Shown here: positions 39,797 to 52,926 of the stretch, piece by piece
Numbering within the stretch: the first letter of the stretch is position 1
Layout of the letters: every line of letters begins with the position of its first letter
Assembly: GCA_951406725.2 (NCBI GenBank)
Contig: OX597827.1
Location: forward strand, 63,426,001 to 63,490,000
Direction: 5' to 3'
Origin: Octopus vulgaris
Taxonomy: Eukaryota
DNA length: 64,000 bases
Translations under genes and position numbers: made by a program
The notes under the pieces: generated by a model
Told to the model about the DNA's origin: nothing
Database searches by the model: none
What the model saw: the letters and a program-made list of their open reading frames with translations, nothing else

Positions 39797-40379
39797 GCAC
39801 ACATGATTGACTTCCACACAGTTTCTGCTCCCCTAATCTGCTAATAATACTCTGGTTAGCTCTGTTGGCCTGGGGCTATAATAGATGAAATTTACCCAAG
39901 GTGGTGCGCAGTGGGACTGAACCTAAAACCAGATGGTCACAAAGGGAGTTATTTAACCCCACAAACATTGCCTTCACCTACACAGCTATGCTCAGCACTA
40001 TTTCAAGCACATTAAGCAATTGGCTAAAGGTCCCACTTCTCACGGTCAGTTGTGGTGATAGCTAGTGTCATGGTAGTAGTAGTGGGGATGTTGTGGTTGA
40101 GGTGGTAGTGTGTGGTACTCATTGTTACTTTGGTGAGTGTGAAGATGCATGTAGTTGTAGTAGTTGTGGTAGTGGTGGTTCTGGATGTAGTGGAGGTGTC
40201 AACGATAAGTGGTGGTAGATAAGTGGTGATAAATGATGGTAGTGATGGTTGCAGTATAGTAACCGCTGTTGTTATTGTTATGGCGATGATGATGTTGTTA
40301 GTGGTCATGGTCAATTGTTGTTAGTGTTGTAGTTGAATACCATAGTGAAAGTGTAAAAGACTCTCGTGGGTATTGTTAG

Positions 40380-41150
40380 TTGTGGTATGGGCAGTAGTAG
40401 TGGTAGTAGTAGTAGTAGTAGTAGTAGTAGGGGAGGGCGCCGATGATGACGTTTATGGTGGTGTCGGATGGGGGTTAGTGCCAATGGTGGTTTTGGAGAT
40501 GTGGTGGCGATAGTGTTGGGGTAGTGGTGTCGGTGGTGTTGAAGGTAATGGCGATGGTGGTGGTGGTGGTGCAGTGGGGTGGCGATAGTGACGGTGGTGT
40601 CGGGTAGGGGTGGGGGCGGTTAATGATAACGTTGGTGTTAGGGATAGCGTCGACAGTGGTGGTGTTGGGGTGGGTGCACGGATGGTGACGGTGGTGTTGG
40701 CGAGGGATAGTGGCGGCGGTGGCGGCGGTGGTGGCGATGGCGATGCTGGAGTTGGAGATATTGAAGGCAGTGGTGGTGGTGGTGGTGGTTGTGGTGGTGG
40801 TAGTGTGTTGGCGGCGATGACGGCGATGACGGCGGTGGCGTTGTTAGTGACCATGGGGTGTCGGAGCTTAGTGGTGACGGTTGGTGCTGGGGCTAGTGGT
40901 GGTGGTAGTGGTGGTGGTGGTGGCGGTGGTGGTGGTGGTGGTGGTGGTGGTGATGACGGTGGCGGTGTAAGTTGCTTCGAAGACGATGGAGGGGATCCAG
41001 TCGTCGTGGTGATGGTGGTGGTGGAGACGGCGACGGCGGCGGCGGCGGTGGTGATGGCGTTCATGACAATGGCGGCGGCGGCGGCGGCGGTGGTGGTGAT
41101 GTCGTCGGTGCAGTTTTTTTCGTCTTCTACGGCTGCTGCTGCTGCTGCTG
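40380..41150. repeat. GC/CpG-rich (GGT/GGC/GAC)n low-complexity island
   Basis: Trinucleotide-periodic G-rich plus strand; open Pro/Thr-rich and Gly/Val-rich frames. Confidence 0.8.
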
Positions 41151-41564
41151 ATAACCCACTGATAATAATGTTGAGCTTTATTGTGTATAGTCAATCGTGG
41201 GCCTGGTGGCGGCTTTTGTTCGCCAGCCAGTCAGCGAAGAGCAAAATTAAGAAGGGACAAATCTTTTATGTATAAAATATACTGTACAAGCTTATTGCAA
41301 ACAAAGTGTTAACTTGGGCTTTGTTAGAGACCCCGGAGTACCCAACCTGCATTTATACATATAAATAATACTTAACATATATAAAAAAAATAATATAATA
41401 TGATGTAATATTATTATATATATATACATAATATATATGCTCACACAGACACACATATATATATATATATATGTGTGAATGGATGTAGATATGTATATAC
41501 GTGTTATACATTTAAATGATATTTTGAAATATTCATAAACACACATATACTGATATATATACAT

Positions 41565-41620
<56 letters not shown>

Positions 41621-42922
41621 TATGTATGTATTTGTTATGTAAACTAACATGCATGCAAATATATACATAAGCATACAGACAAACACACAAAAACATTCAT
41701 TCGTTTATTTGTACTTATTTATAAATAATTTAATTTTGTAATGTATTTATTTCTATTTAATTAATTAAATATTTATCTATTTATTTATTTATCTACCTAT
41801 CTATATATCTATCCTATTTATTTATGTTATTCAATTAATTTAAGAGGGAAAAGGGCGAAGAAGATAAAAGAAGTAGAAGAAGGAAAAAGGAGAAGAAAAA
41901 AAAGTCAGTGAAAAAGTTTTGTACAAACAATTTAAAAGTTTGAAAACTCACCAACAGGATGTGCAAAACTACACATACACACTTAAATATAAACAAATAT
42001 ATATTCTATATGCTCCTTCACGTATTTGCATGAAAATATATATAGAAAAATACAGTTATATATAAATATATATATGCATGAATTTGTTAGATAAGCGAAT
42101 GGCTATATACATCACAAAATGATAACACGAAGAGGACATTGTTACTGATGAACAATTTTGCAGATTCACAATCAACACGCGGTGTATTTAAGGATAATTA
42201 ACAAATTTTATACATGCAGGTAAGCAGATATTTTGCATGCTATATCATTGTCTCTTGTACCTATATATACTAATATGTCAATGAAAATTACATGTATGTA
42301 TGTATGTATGTATGTATGTATGTATGTATGTATGTATGTATGTATGTATGTATGTATGTATGTATGTACGTACGTATGTATGTATGTATGTATGTATATA
42401 CACGTGTGTGTGTGTGTGTGGATAGTACATGGATAGTGTTTTGAAAACTTAGTGTGTATGTTTGTGTGTTTAGATGTAAACATTTCTGTGGAAAACAGGT
42501 ATTTTGATTCTTACACTTACATAAATTCATTGATGAAACATAATATACACAAACGAATATATGAATATAGAGATTAGTACGTACGTATGTCTGTATGCAC
42601 ATTATATATATATATATTTATAATGTACACATACACACACATATTGGCACACACTAAACATACGCGTGCCTTCAGCACACACATGCATACAAACATACAC
42701 ACAGATGCTCAAAATATATATACTTGAGAATATACATACATAAACATATAGACACTTCGTATAAACAATTGTTTTTCAACTTTATAAATATATATATATA
42801 TCGCATATATACACATGCGATAGATCGATAAATTTACATGCATGAATAAGTTATATCATTTCTGTCATACAGACGCATACGGCATACATAGACACGCGCC
42901 AACACGCCTGTACGCATCTGTG

Positions 42923-42981
<59 letters not shown>

Positions 42982-42994
42982 ATCTATGTATCCT

Positions 42995-43049
<55 letters not shown>

Positions 43050-43144
43050 CCCTCTCTATCTATCTATATGTATCCCTTTATATATATCTCTCTATATATA
43101 TATATCTATCTATCTCTATCCCTCTCTCTCTCTCTCTCTATCTG

Positions 43145-43251
<107 letters not shown>

Positions 43252-43274
43252 CTCTCTATATATATCTATCTATC

Positions 43275-43342
<68 letters not shown>

Positions 43343-43446
43343 ACTATATATCTACATCTATCTACCTATCTACACACATATATCTGCGTGTGTATATGTA
43401 TGTGTCAGAGAGATAGATACTTACCATTCTTAAGAATATTATTTAT

Positions 43447-43530
43447 TGACAGTGGACTTCGAAGTTTCGGCCAGTGAAGCCATCGTCCGACGATGGATTA
43501 GCCAGTCGAAACTTCGAACTCACTGTCCAA
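43447..43530. repeat. Imperfect hairpin built from two inverted hammerhead-like halves
   Basis: GACAGTG..TTCGAAGTTTCG..CCATCGTC C GACGATGG..CGAAACTTCGAA..CACTGTC; each strand reads C(C/G)GACGA-TGG..-CGAAAC. Confidence 0.7.
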
Positions 43531-43722
43531 TATTTTGTTTTTGTTGAAGAATAACAAATTTATACTCAAACAAAAGTATACAGCAACCATCAGATTAATG
43601 TAAAAAATTGTTTTTATTGTAACTGAATATAAAAACAAAGATTAAGACAAATACATACACACATACATACATACATACATACGTACATACATACATACAT
43701 ACATACATACATACATACATAC

Positions 43723-43753
<31 letters not shown>

Positions 43754-43829
43754 CATACACACACATACATACATACACACACACACACATACACCCGTCA
43801 GTTTCTTTGTTTATTTCAAGTCGTCTTTC

Positions 43830-44175
43830 ACTTTCTCTCTCTCCCTCTCTCTCCTTTTCCCCTCTCCACTCCTCTCTCTCTCTCCTTTTCCCCTCTCCAC
43901 TCCTCTCTCTCTCTCTCCTTTTCCCCTCTCCACTCCTCTCTCTCTCTTTCTCTCTCCTTTTCCCCTCTCCTCTCCTCCCTCTCTCTCTCTCCTTTTCCCC
44001 TCTCTCCTCTCTCTCTCTCTCTCTCCTTTTCCCCTCTCCACTCCTCTCTCTTTCTCTCTCATTTTCCCCTCCACTCTCTTTCTCTCTCCTTTTCCCCTCT
44101 CCACTCCTCTCTCTCTCCTTGTCCCCTCTCCACTCCTCTCTCTCTCCTTTTCCCCTCTCCACTCCTCTCTCTCTG
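43830..44175. repeat. ~30-35 bp pyrimidine minisatellite (CTCCTTTTCCCCTCTCCACTC + (CT)n)
   Basis: About 10 visible units. Confidence 0.9.
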
Positions 44176-44589
44176 TCCGTCTCTCCTTTTCTCCTCTCCC
44201 TTCCTCCCACTCTCTCGCTCTCCCTTTGGACTCACCAGCTGTCTGCTCGCCCGGCCTCATTGTTTTTGTTCTTTTTTTCCTTTTCTTCTCTCCACCCTGT
44301 CTGTCTACCCCTGTTTTCTTTTTTTTTTGATCTTCGTACATCTACCTTGTTATCAATCTTACCTTCACTTTATATATATGTATGTGTGTCTGTGTGTACA
44401 CACAAACATGCACCATTTAATGTTTGTTTATATTTACTAATATATATACATATATATATATATTACATGAGTTTTGAATATTTTGATACGACAAAGCTTG
44501 TTTGTAAACTCAAACTGCCGCCAACAGCAACAACAACAACAACAACACAAAAACAAATACAAATGAAACAAAACAGCCTCTGTTACTCA

Positions 44590-44618
44590 ATAACAATAAT
44601 AACAACAGCAACAACAAC

Positions 44619-44661
<43 letters not shown>

Positions 44662-44813
44662 GCAACAACAAAAACAATAATAATAATAACAACAACGATA
44701 ATAATAATAATAATATAATAATAACAATAATAATAATAATGATAATAATAACAACAGCAACAACAACAACAATAATAATAATAATAGTTGTAATAATAAT
44801 AATAATAATAATC

Positions 44814-44853
<40 letters not shown>

Positions 44854-44872
44854 TAATAATAATAACAATGTG

Positions 44873-44909
<37 letters not shown>

Positions 44910-44917
44910 TAATAACG

Positions 44918-44969
<52 letters not shown>

Positions 44970-44985
44970 TAATAACAACAACAAC
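44590..44985. repeat. (AAT)n/(AAC)n microsatellite
   Basis: Directly visible. Confidence 0.95.
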
Positions 44986-45067
44986 GTTTGCTTTCTTAAC
45001 CACGAAAAGTTTCACAAAAACTTTTGGGGACGGTACGAGACGATGCGATGTGGGGGTTATAATATAT

Positions 45068-45250
45068 ATTATTTCTTTACTACCCACAAGGGGCTAAACA
45101 CAGAGGGGACAAAAACAAGGACAGACAAAGGGATTAAGTCGATTACATCGACCCCGGTGCGTAACTGGTACTTAATTAATTTATCGACCCCCGAAAGGAT
45201 GAAAGGCAAAGTCGACCTCGGCGGAATTTGAACTCGGAACGTAACGGTGC
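45068..45250 (-). mobile_element. SINE family B, 3' part
   Basis: Family B match. Confidence 0.85.
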
Positions 45251-45469
45251 TGTATGTGTACGCTTCGAGATCCACTGCTCCCCATAAAGGAATAATGTAA
45301 ACAACAACAACAACAACAGCTAGATATCCGTAACAAAAGAAACTGTGAGAGTTAGCTTGGCAGGACTACGGCGATTTAAACATTTTGAGTGACAACATCA
45401 ACAGACGTTAGCAATAACAAGAACAATCGCAACGGGACAAAGAGATATTTCAGGCCGACAAAGTAAAAG

Positions 45470-45894
45470 GGCGATCTTTCGTCTCTAGTAGACCTTTCCG
45501 TCGATTTCCGTAAAAAATTTTTTTTTTTTTTACATATGGGCTTGCGGGAACTTTTGAAGTAATATACATACATATACACATACACCGAGTAAAAAATTTC
45601 AGTTATCTCTTTCTTTCACACATTACTCTGTCTCTTCACACACACACTAACAGAAGCACTTCACTTACACAACATACTGTCTTGTCTCCCACACCCCATC
45701 AAACACACACACACACATGTACATCAATGCTTCACATGCACGGTAACTTCAAAAGAACTTCCCTCGTCATACAATCGCTTTCTCTTAGTCTCTTTCGCTC
45801 TCATTACTTCAAAAGTTCCCGCAAGCCCATATGTAAAAAAAATTTTTTTTTTACGGAAATCGACGGAAAGGTCTACTAGAGACGAAAGATTGCC
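45470..45894. mobile_element. Merlin-like MITE (~90-bp TIRs, 8-bp TSD AGTAAAAG)
   Basis: TIR GGC(G/A)ATCTTTCGTCTCTAGTAGACC...GAAGTAAT at both ends; TSD at 45462-45469 and 45895-45902; GGNRM termini. Confidence 0.88.
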
Positions 45895-46149
45895 AGTAAA
45901 AGAATAAACAGTAAGAAAAACAAATAACGGCAGCGATTGTAATAAAAGAAAATGGAAACGATAAACAAACCACGATGATGATAACACGGGAAAAAAATTT
46001 AGCTGAAATAATAACAATTATAAGAAAAGTAGTGGCGAAAGATTTAATGAATTATCAACCGGTAACGTTAGCAACAGGGGGAAAAAATAAACAAACAACG
46101 TTGAGGAGAGAGAGGATAATGCAATTATTATGATAGGTGCAAAAGTAAT

Positions 46150-46555
46150 ACTTTTTTACTCTCTTTTACTTGTTTCAGTCGTTTGACTGCGGCCATGCTG
46201 GAGCACCGCCTTTTAGTCGAGCAAATCGACGACCCCCAGGACTTATTCTTTGTAAGCCTAGTACTACTTATTCTAATTGGTCTCTTTTGCCGAACTGCTA
46301 AGTGACGGGGACGTAAACACCAGCATCGGTTGTCAAGCAATGCTAGGGGGACAAACAAAGACACACAAACACACACACACATACATATATATACATATAT
46401 ACGACGGGCTTCTTTCAGTTTCCGTCCAAATCCACTCACAAGGCTTTGGTTGGCCCAAGGCTATAGTAGAAGACACTTGCCCAAGGTGCCATGCAGTGGG
46501 ACTGAACCCGGAACCATGTGGTTGGTAAGCAAGCTACTTACCACACAGCCACTCC
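46150..46555 (-). mobile_element. SINE family A, full copy
   Basis: Complete match. Confidence 0.92.
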
Positions 46556-46965
46556 ATATAGCAATCATATAAAAAAAATACCTACCATATCAACAATAAT
46601 AACAGTAAGCATAATGAAAATCATAACAACAACCATATCTGCAACAACAATATTCGAAATAATACCTAACTTATCAACAACAATAAACATAATGAATAAA
46701 CAACACAAATATAACAATCATATTGAAAACACTAACAATAATAACAACAAACATAATGAAAATCAGAACAATGACGATACCAACAACAACATCAAAAACA
46801 ATATCTAACATAACAACTAACAACAAGAACAATAGATGTAACAATAATATCAGAAACAATACCTACCATATCAACAACAATAACAACAAACATAATGAAA
46901 ATCATAACAAAAGACTCAACAGCAACAACAAAAACAAATATAGCAATCATATTGGAAACAACACC

Positions 46966-47230
46966 GATTAGTGGTTAAGAGAATGGTCTACTAACCCCAA
47001 GATTCCGAGTTCAATTCCAGGAGTGACCTGAATAATAATAATGATAATAATAATAAGAACAACATCGAAAATTACCTTAGGAATGAGAACCCAGGTTCGA
47101 AATTTCTTCAAGACACCTGATGAAGGCTGGAGGGTATATCAGCTGAAACGTTGTGTTAACAACAAACAAGATGAGGACAAATATCCGTCAAATGTAAATA
47201 ATGTACATAATTCCTCATCTCTTAAATATA
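46966..47230 (+). mobile_element. tRNA-headed SINE-like element carrying a hammerhead ribozyme
   Basis: Partial A box (TAGTGG), B box GAGTTCAATTCC at ~47007, (AAT)n linker, then hammerhead at 47112-47157. Confidence 0.65.
47112..47157 (+). ncRNA. Minimal type I hammerhead ribozyme (Penelope-type)
   Basis: GACAC-CTGATGA-A-GGCTG-(10 nt)-CAGCT-GAAA-C-GTT-GTGTT: intact core, helix I GACAC/GTGTT, helix II GGCTG/CAGCT, palindromic AACGTT in place of helix III. Confidence 0.72.
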
Positions 47231-47574
47231 AAACTGTAACACCGATTATATCAACAGTATCTATATAACCAACAATAACGAGCATCATAACAATTATACC
47301 AATGACACTCGTTACTAGATTGTGATATATTCAGTCATATCCTCCTCGTCTTTGTTGTTTAATCACTATCATTCTGCTACCATCTGGCCTTCTTCAAGTC
47401 ATGCCTGTTGCTAACTGGAAACCACTGCCCCCCACCACCTCCTATTCAATGGTACAGCCTCAGATTTACAGTGAAACTCCACGTTAGCATTAGTACCGAC
47501 CCAGAGTATTCTGGAGTACTCTCAGGCACTAAAGTCTGGCAACAGGCCTGCTTCAAGTGCTTCTCATATTTGGT

Positions 47575-47958
47575 AGCCCCGCCTGGCCTCCGTGCTGGTG
47601 GCACGTAAAAGCACCATCCGATTGTGGCTGTTGCCAGCCCCGCCTGGCCTCCGTGCCGGTGGCACGTAAAAGCACCATCCGATCATGGCCGTTGCCAGCC
47701 CCGCGTGGCCTCCGTGCCAGTGGCACGTAAAAAGCACCAACCGATTGTGGCCATTTGCCAGCCTGGTCTGGCACGTAAAATGCACCCACTACACTCACGG
47801 AGTGGTTGGCATTAGGAAGGGCATCCAGCCGTAGAAACATTGCCTGATCAGACTGGGCCTGGTGCAGCCTTCTGGCTTCCCAGACCCCAGTTGAACCGTC
47901 CAACCCATGCCAGCATAGAAAGCAGATGCTAAACGATGATGATGATGATGATGATGAT
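47575..47958 (+). mobile_element. RTE 3' UTR copy with ~60-bp tandem repeats and (GAT)n tail
   Basis: Matches 51240-51698. Confidence 0.85.
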
Positions 47959-48808
47959 TATCATAATACATATTTTAATGTCCATTTTTCTGATCTTGCA
48001 TGAGCAAGACGGAACTGTAACACTTAACACTTCTGTATTAATAAATGCAAAATTCTGTCTGTCTGTCCATCTGTATCTGTCTACATTTGCTTTACATAGA
48101 CATATTATACCCTTTTTTGGAATCAGGATAATCCTGGGATTGAAAATCTGCCCTTCATTTGGTTCTTGAACATCCAGCATTGGGATCTGATTTAAAAGCA
48201 TTTGGCTTGCTATTTCTGGCAGGTAAAGCTTGGCTGATTCATGCCATCTTGGTCAGCAATTGTCAGATGACATCAAAGATCAAGGGGGGGGGAGATAATG
48301 ACATTTGCTTCTTCAATTTTACATCGAGATAAGAACTTTGGGACAAATTGGCCAACATTTGGAATTCAATTTGGGTTGGGACATTAGAATGACCGCATTA
48401 TAGAATTAATTGTCATCCATCCTTAACCTCTGATCAAACACCACCAAGGCAGATAGTCATTATAGACATATTACAGTCATGCTGTTTAGCTCTCTAGTTT
48501 TGGGCCATACGCCCTATTTACCCTCCACAGGAGCTAACTTAGAATTCCGCACGCAGTATGGCTTTTAAGCTAGTATATTTGTGTCAGGAGTAAACTGTAG
48601 CATGTTGGACTTTCTGAATGATACCCACCAGGGAAAAATTACCTGAAATATTTTTATTCATGGGGCCCACATGATATTGAACCATGTCTCAGTTGGCCTT
48701 GTGAGTGTGAATTTGGTAAGCAGGAAACTGTGTGAAGTCCATCATGTGTGTGTGTGAATATATGTGTGTGTGTGTGTGTGTGTGTGAGTATTTGAATATA
48801 TGTATGCA

Positions 48809-48889
<81 letters not shown>

Positions 48890-49070
48890 CGGGAAGATTT
48901 GCGAAAATAAACAAAAGACGAAGTCAGGTTTACGAAAATTATATATATATAATAATATAAATGAATATATAAATTTAAAATAATAAGGTGAAAAATTGAA
49001 TATTAATTTGATTAATATCAATTTAAAACCAGTGGTGCAGCATATTAAAATCTGAAGATTCAGAAAAATT

Positions 49071-49269
49071 ATATTACATACATATAAGTGGACATCTCTT
49101 ATGCTAGAAGAAGATCCGCTATGGTCTTACCACTAAGAAAGGAATGTTCTCAAGAAAATTTTGCAAACGCCAGAAATTTTCTTGAAAACATTCATTTTTT
49201 AGTGGTAAGACCACTTCTAGCATAAGGTATGTCCATGTTGTAGTCATCCCTCTTATATGTATGTAATAT
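49071..49269. repeat. ~200-bp fold-back hairpin with asymmetric bulges
   Basis: CTTATGCTAGAAG..TGGTCTTACCACTAA..CAAGAAAATTT / AAATTTTCTTG..TTAGTGGTAAGACCA CTTCTAGCATAAG, extended by ATATTACATACATATAAG / CTTATATGTATGTAATAT. Confidence 0.92.
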
Positions 49270-49504
49270 GCATAAATACATATATATATATGTACATACT
49301 TACATATATATGTATATACATACGCATATGTGGGCACAGGACATCACAGAATGTAAACAACAAAAAACACGAAACATGAATACATGGAATATGAACTTTT
49401 TTTTGCAAACAATGAAGGAAGCAAATGGAGAAAAAGACACGCAACATAGAGAACGACCCTTCGTCAGTTGTCGGCTGTTTTTCTAATCCGTATTTCAAGC
49501 ATGT

Positions 49505-49692
49505 GTGTGTGTGTTGCAGCAACATCGCTTGACAACCAATGTTGGTATGTTTACGTCCCCGTAACTTAGTGGTTCAGCAAAAGAGACCAATGGTATAAGT
49601 ACTAGGCTTATAAAGAATAAGTCCTGAGGTTGATTTGTTCGACTAAAGGCAGTGCTCCAGCATGGCCAAAGTCAAATGACTGAAACAAATAA
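49505..49692 (+). mobile_element. SINE family A, 3' half
   Basis: Tail match. Confidence 0.8.
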
Positions 49693-50374
49693 AATTTTTT
49701 AAAAAAACAAAAATAAAAAGGATTTTTTTAAAACTTCAAATAGCTAAGTGGGTCTTGTGTGGAGTAAAATAGGAATTAAAGGGGTCTACAGGTGCAAAAT
49801 AGTTGACAACCACTGGCTCCAGTCCAAAGACTGAAGCAAATATAAGACAGTTACATAGCAGAAGAACCAACAACGCCACCGCCATTATGGACGCCAACAC
49901 ACCATCACCACCACCACCACCACCACCACCACTATCGCCGCCACCACCACTAGTCCCAGCACCAACCGCCACCACTAGCTCCGACACCATGGTCACTAAC
50001 AACGCTACCGCCGTCAACACTACCACCACCACCACCACCACTACCACCACCAACACTGCCTTCAATACCCAAAATTTTAAATTCACTTTAGATTTATTTC
50101 ATGAAATGTCAAAATATTTTCAGAGGATAACGGTAACGTGGTCACCGACATGGTTCTGCAACAAGACAGGATCATCATTATCATCATTGTCATTTAATGT
50201 TGGTTCTCCATGCTGTCATGGCTTGGACATGGGTTTCACAAGGTCCGACAAGCTACAAAGCTACATGAAACCCTAAAGTCAGATTTGTGAATCTTTCTAT
50301 GAATGGATGTTTTTCAGAATGTTGACTACTTTACAGTGTGTACTGGGTGCTTGCATATGTGTATATATAACAAC

Positions 50375-51698
50375 TTCCGTCACTTTCCAGGGGAAAAAAA
50401 TTAGAAGTAGTTGATAGCTTCCGTTATCTAGGTGACCAAGTCAGTAGTGGGGGTGGGTGCGCTGAGAGTGTAACTGCTAGAATAAGAATAGCCTGGGCAA
50501 AGTTTAGGGAGCTCTTACCTCTGCTGGTGACTAAAGGCCTCTCGCTCAGAGTAAAGAGCAGACTGTATGATGCATGTGTTCGAACTGCCATGCTACATGG
50601 CAGTGAAACATGGGCCGTGACTGCTGAGGACATGCGTAAGCTCATGAGGAATGAAGCCAGTATGCTCCGATGGATGTGTAATGTCAGTGTACTTACTCGA
50701 CAGAGTGTTAGTTCCCTAAGAGAAATGTTGTACCTAAGAAGCATCAGTTGTTGCGTGCAAGAGAGACGATTGCGATGGTATAGTCATGTGGCGAGAATAG
50801 ATGAAGATAGGTGTGTGAGAAAGTGCCAATCCCTAGCAGTTGAGGGAACCCGTGGAAGAGGTAGACCCAGGAAAACCTGGGACGAGGTGGTGAAGCACGA
50901 CCTTCGAACATTAGGTCTCACCATGGAAATGACCAGAGACCGAGACCTATGGAAGTATGCTGTGCGTGAGAAGACCCGGCAAGACTAGTGAAGCCATAAC
51001 CCGTGGCCCCTACCTGGGGCGTAGTCAGTCCGCCTGTGCATACCTTCCTGCTTGTGACACTTGTGAAGACCTGTTGAGGCAAGTCAAATCAAAATCAAAA
51101 TCAAAATGAAAGTCAAATCGAATCAAGTCAAACCAAATCAAAATAGATGAACATCAATGGAATTTGTATCCGTGTGGTACCAGTGCCGGTGGCACATAAG
51201 AAAACCATCCGAATCGGGACCGTAGCCAGTACCGCATCGACTGGCCTCCGTGCTGTGGGCACGTAACAAACACCGTCCGAGCGTGGCCATCTGCCAGCCT
51301 CGTCTGGCACCTGTGTCGGTGGCACATAAAAACACCATCCGAGCGTGACCGTCTGCCAGCCTCGTCTGGCACCTGTGTCGGTGGCACATAAAAACACCAT
51401 CCGAGCGTGGCCGTCTGCCAGCCTCGTCTGGCACCTGTGTCGGTGGCACATAAAAACACCATCCGAGCGTGGCCGTTCGCCAGCCTCGTCTGGCACCTGT
51501 GTCGGTGGCACATAAAATCACCCACTACACTCTCGGAGTGGTTGGCGTTAGGAAGGGCATCCAGCTGAAGAAACACTGCCAGATCTGACTGGCCTGGTGC
51601 AGCCTTCGGGCTCCCCAGACCCCAGTTGAACCGTCCAACCCATGCTAGCATGGAAAGCGGACGTTAAACGATGATGATGATGATGATGATGATGATGA
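50375..51698 (+). mobile_element. 5'-truncated RTE-clade LINE with 3' UTR minisatellite and (GAT)n tail
   Basis: ORF2 C-terminus to 50988; UTR with ~61-bp tandem repeats 51240-51520; tail (GAT)n 51670-51698. Confidence 0.9.
50385..50988 (+). pseudogene. RTE LINE ORF2 C-terminal fragment
   Basis: LEVVDSFRYLGD...RIRIAWAKFREL...LYDACVRTAMLHGSETW...RLRWYSHVAR...GRGRPRKTW...DRDLWK. Confidence 0.92.
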
Positions 51699-51882
51699 TA
51701 TATATGTGTGTGTGTGTGTGTGTGTATGTATATATATATGCATATATATTTGTGAGTATATATATGTGTGTGTGTATTTATATATATGTATGTGTATGTG
51801 TATATATATATATATGTGTGTATGTGTGTATATATATATGTGTGTCTATATATAGAAATATATATGTATGCCTGTATATTTA

Positions 51883-51936
<54 letters not shown>

Positions 51937-52535
51937 CACCAAGTACAGTTGTCACTAAATTTGTCGCTAGTAAACACTGTCATTGCTAGAAACAAGAGTC
52001 AAAGCAACTCTTAGCCACATATGATTACTTTTCTAATGGCTGACAAGGGAGACAGGCTCCCTCCCTACGACAATCAAGATGGAGTCATAATTAGCACTGA
52101 TTTAATCAATCTAACTGCACTTGTTGATTATTGATTCTAAATTGTGAATTGCCACCTTGTTTGCTCTGGTGTTTTATATAAGGCTGACAAGGTGACTTAG
52201 GTCCTTTAACCTGTGGCGACTGAGTAATGGGTCAATGATGAAGATTGATTAAATCTGAAATCAGTGCTGATATGACTCCACCTTGTTTCTCACAGAGAGG
52301 GAACCTGTCCCCCTTATCAGCCGTTAGAAAAGTGCTCTATCTATCTGTTTGTCTCTCTCTCTGTCTATCTATCTCTTTATCTCGCTCTCTCTCTATATAT
52401 ATATGGTTTCAAAGCGAAGAAAATATTTAATCTAATGATTTTTGTGTGTTTTTAAACAGCTTATAAACACCTGCAATTGTTTTTGTTTCAGCACACGAAT
52501 CTCCTATCAAGTCACTTGCTATGCAAGTACATCTC

Positions 52536-52586
<51 letters not shown>

Positions 52587-52624
52587 GCACATATACACAT
52601 ATATACATACATATACCTAAGAGT

Positions 52625-52926
52625 TTAACCCTTTGGCATTTAAACTCACCATCATCATCATTATTATTTACCATCTGTTTTCCATACTGACATGGGTAGG
52701 ATGGTTTGACAAGCTCCAAGCAGACAGCAGAGTTGGATATTCTACCAATTTTATGTTCAAAAACAGTTAGATCTGGCCTCTCACGCCTACTCCACAGTGT
52801 CGTTCTAAAACTAAACAATTACATCACTGAAATCTCAAAGCTGCATGATAATGCTTGATTAATTCGAAACAATACGAATTAATAAGCATTACACTTGACA
52901 GAGTAATCTGTATGCTAAATGGTTTA
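52625..52926. mobile_element. Probable piggyBac-like MITE remnant
   Basis: TTAA-CCCTTTGGCAT left end and ATGCTAAATGG-TTTA right end. Confidence 0.4.

Noticed and set aside
42164-42219. Plus-strand exon with CAG|GTAAGC donor
   Set aside because: Weak acceptor and phase not compatible with the other plus-strand candidates; unsupported.
43807-44718. 303-aa ORF
   Set aside because: Pyrimidine minisatellite plus (AAT)n; low complexity.
51240-51520. 61-bp repeats as CRISPR array
   Set aside because: Contiguous tandem units without spacers inside a LINE 3' UTR.
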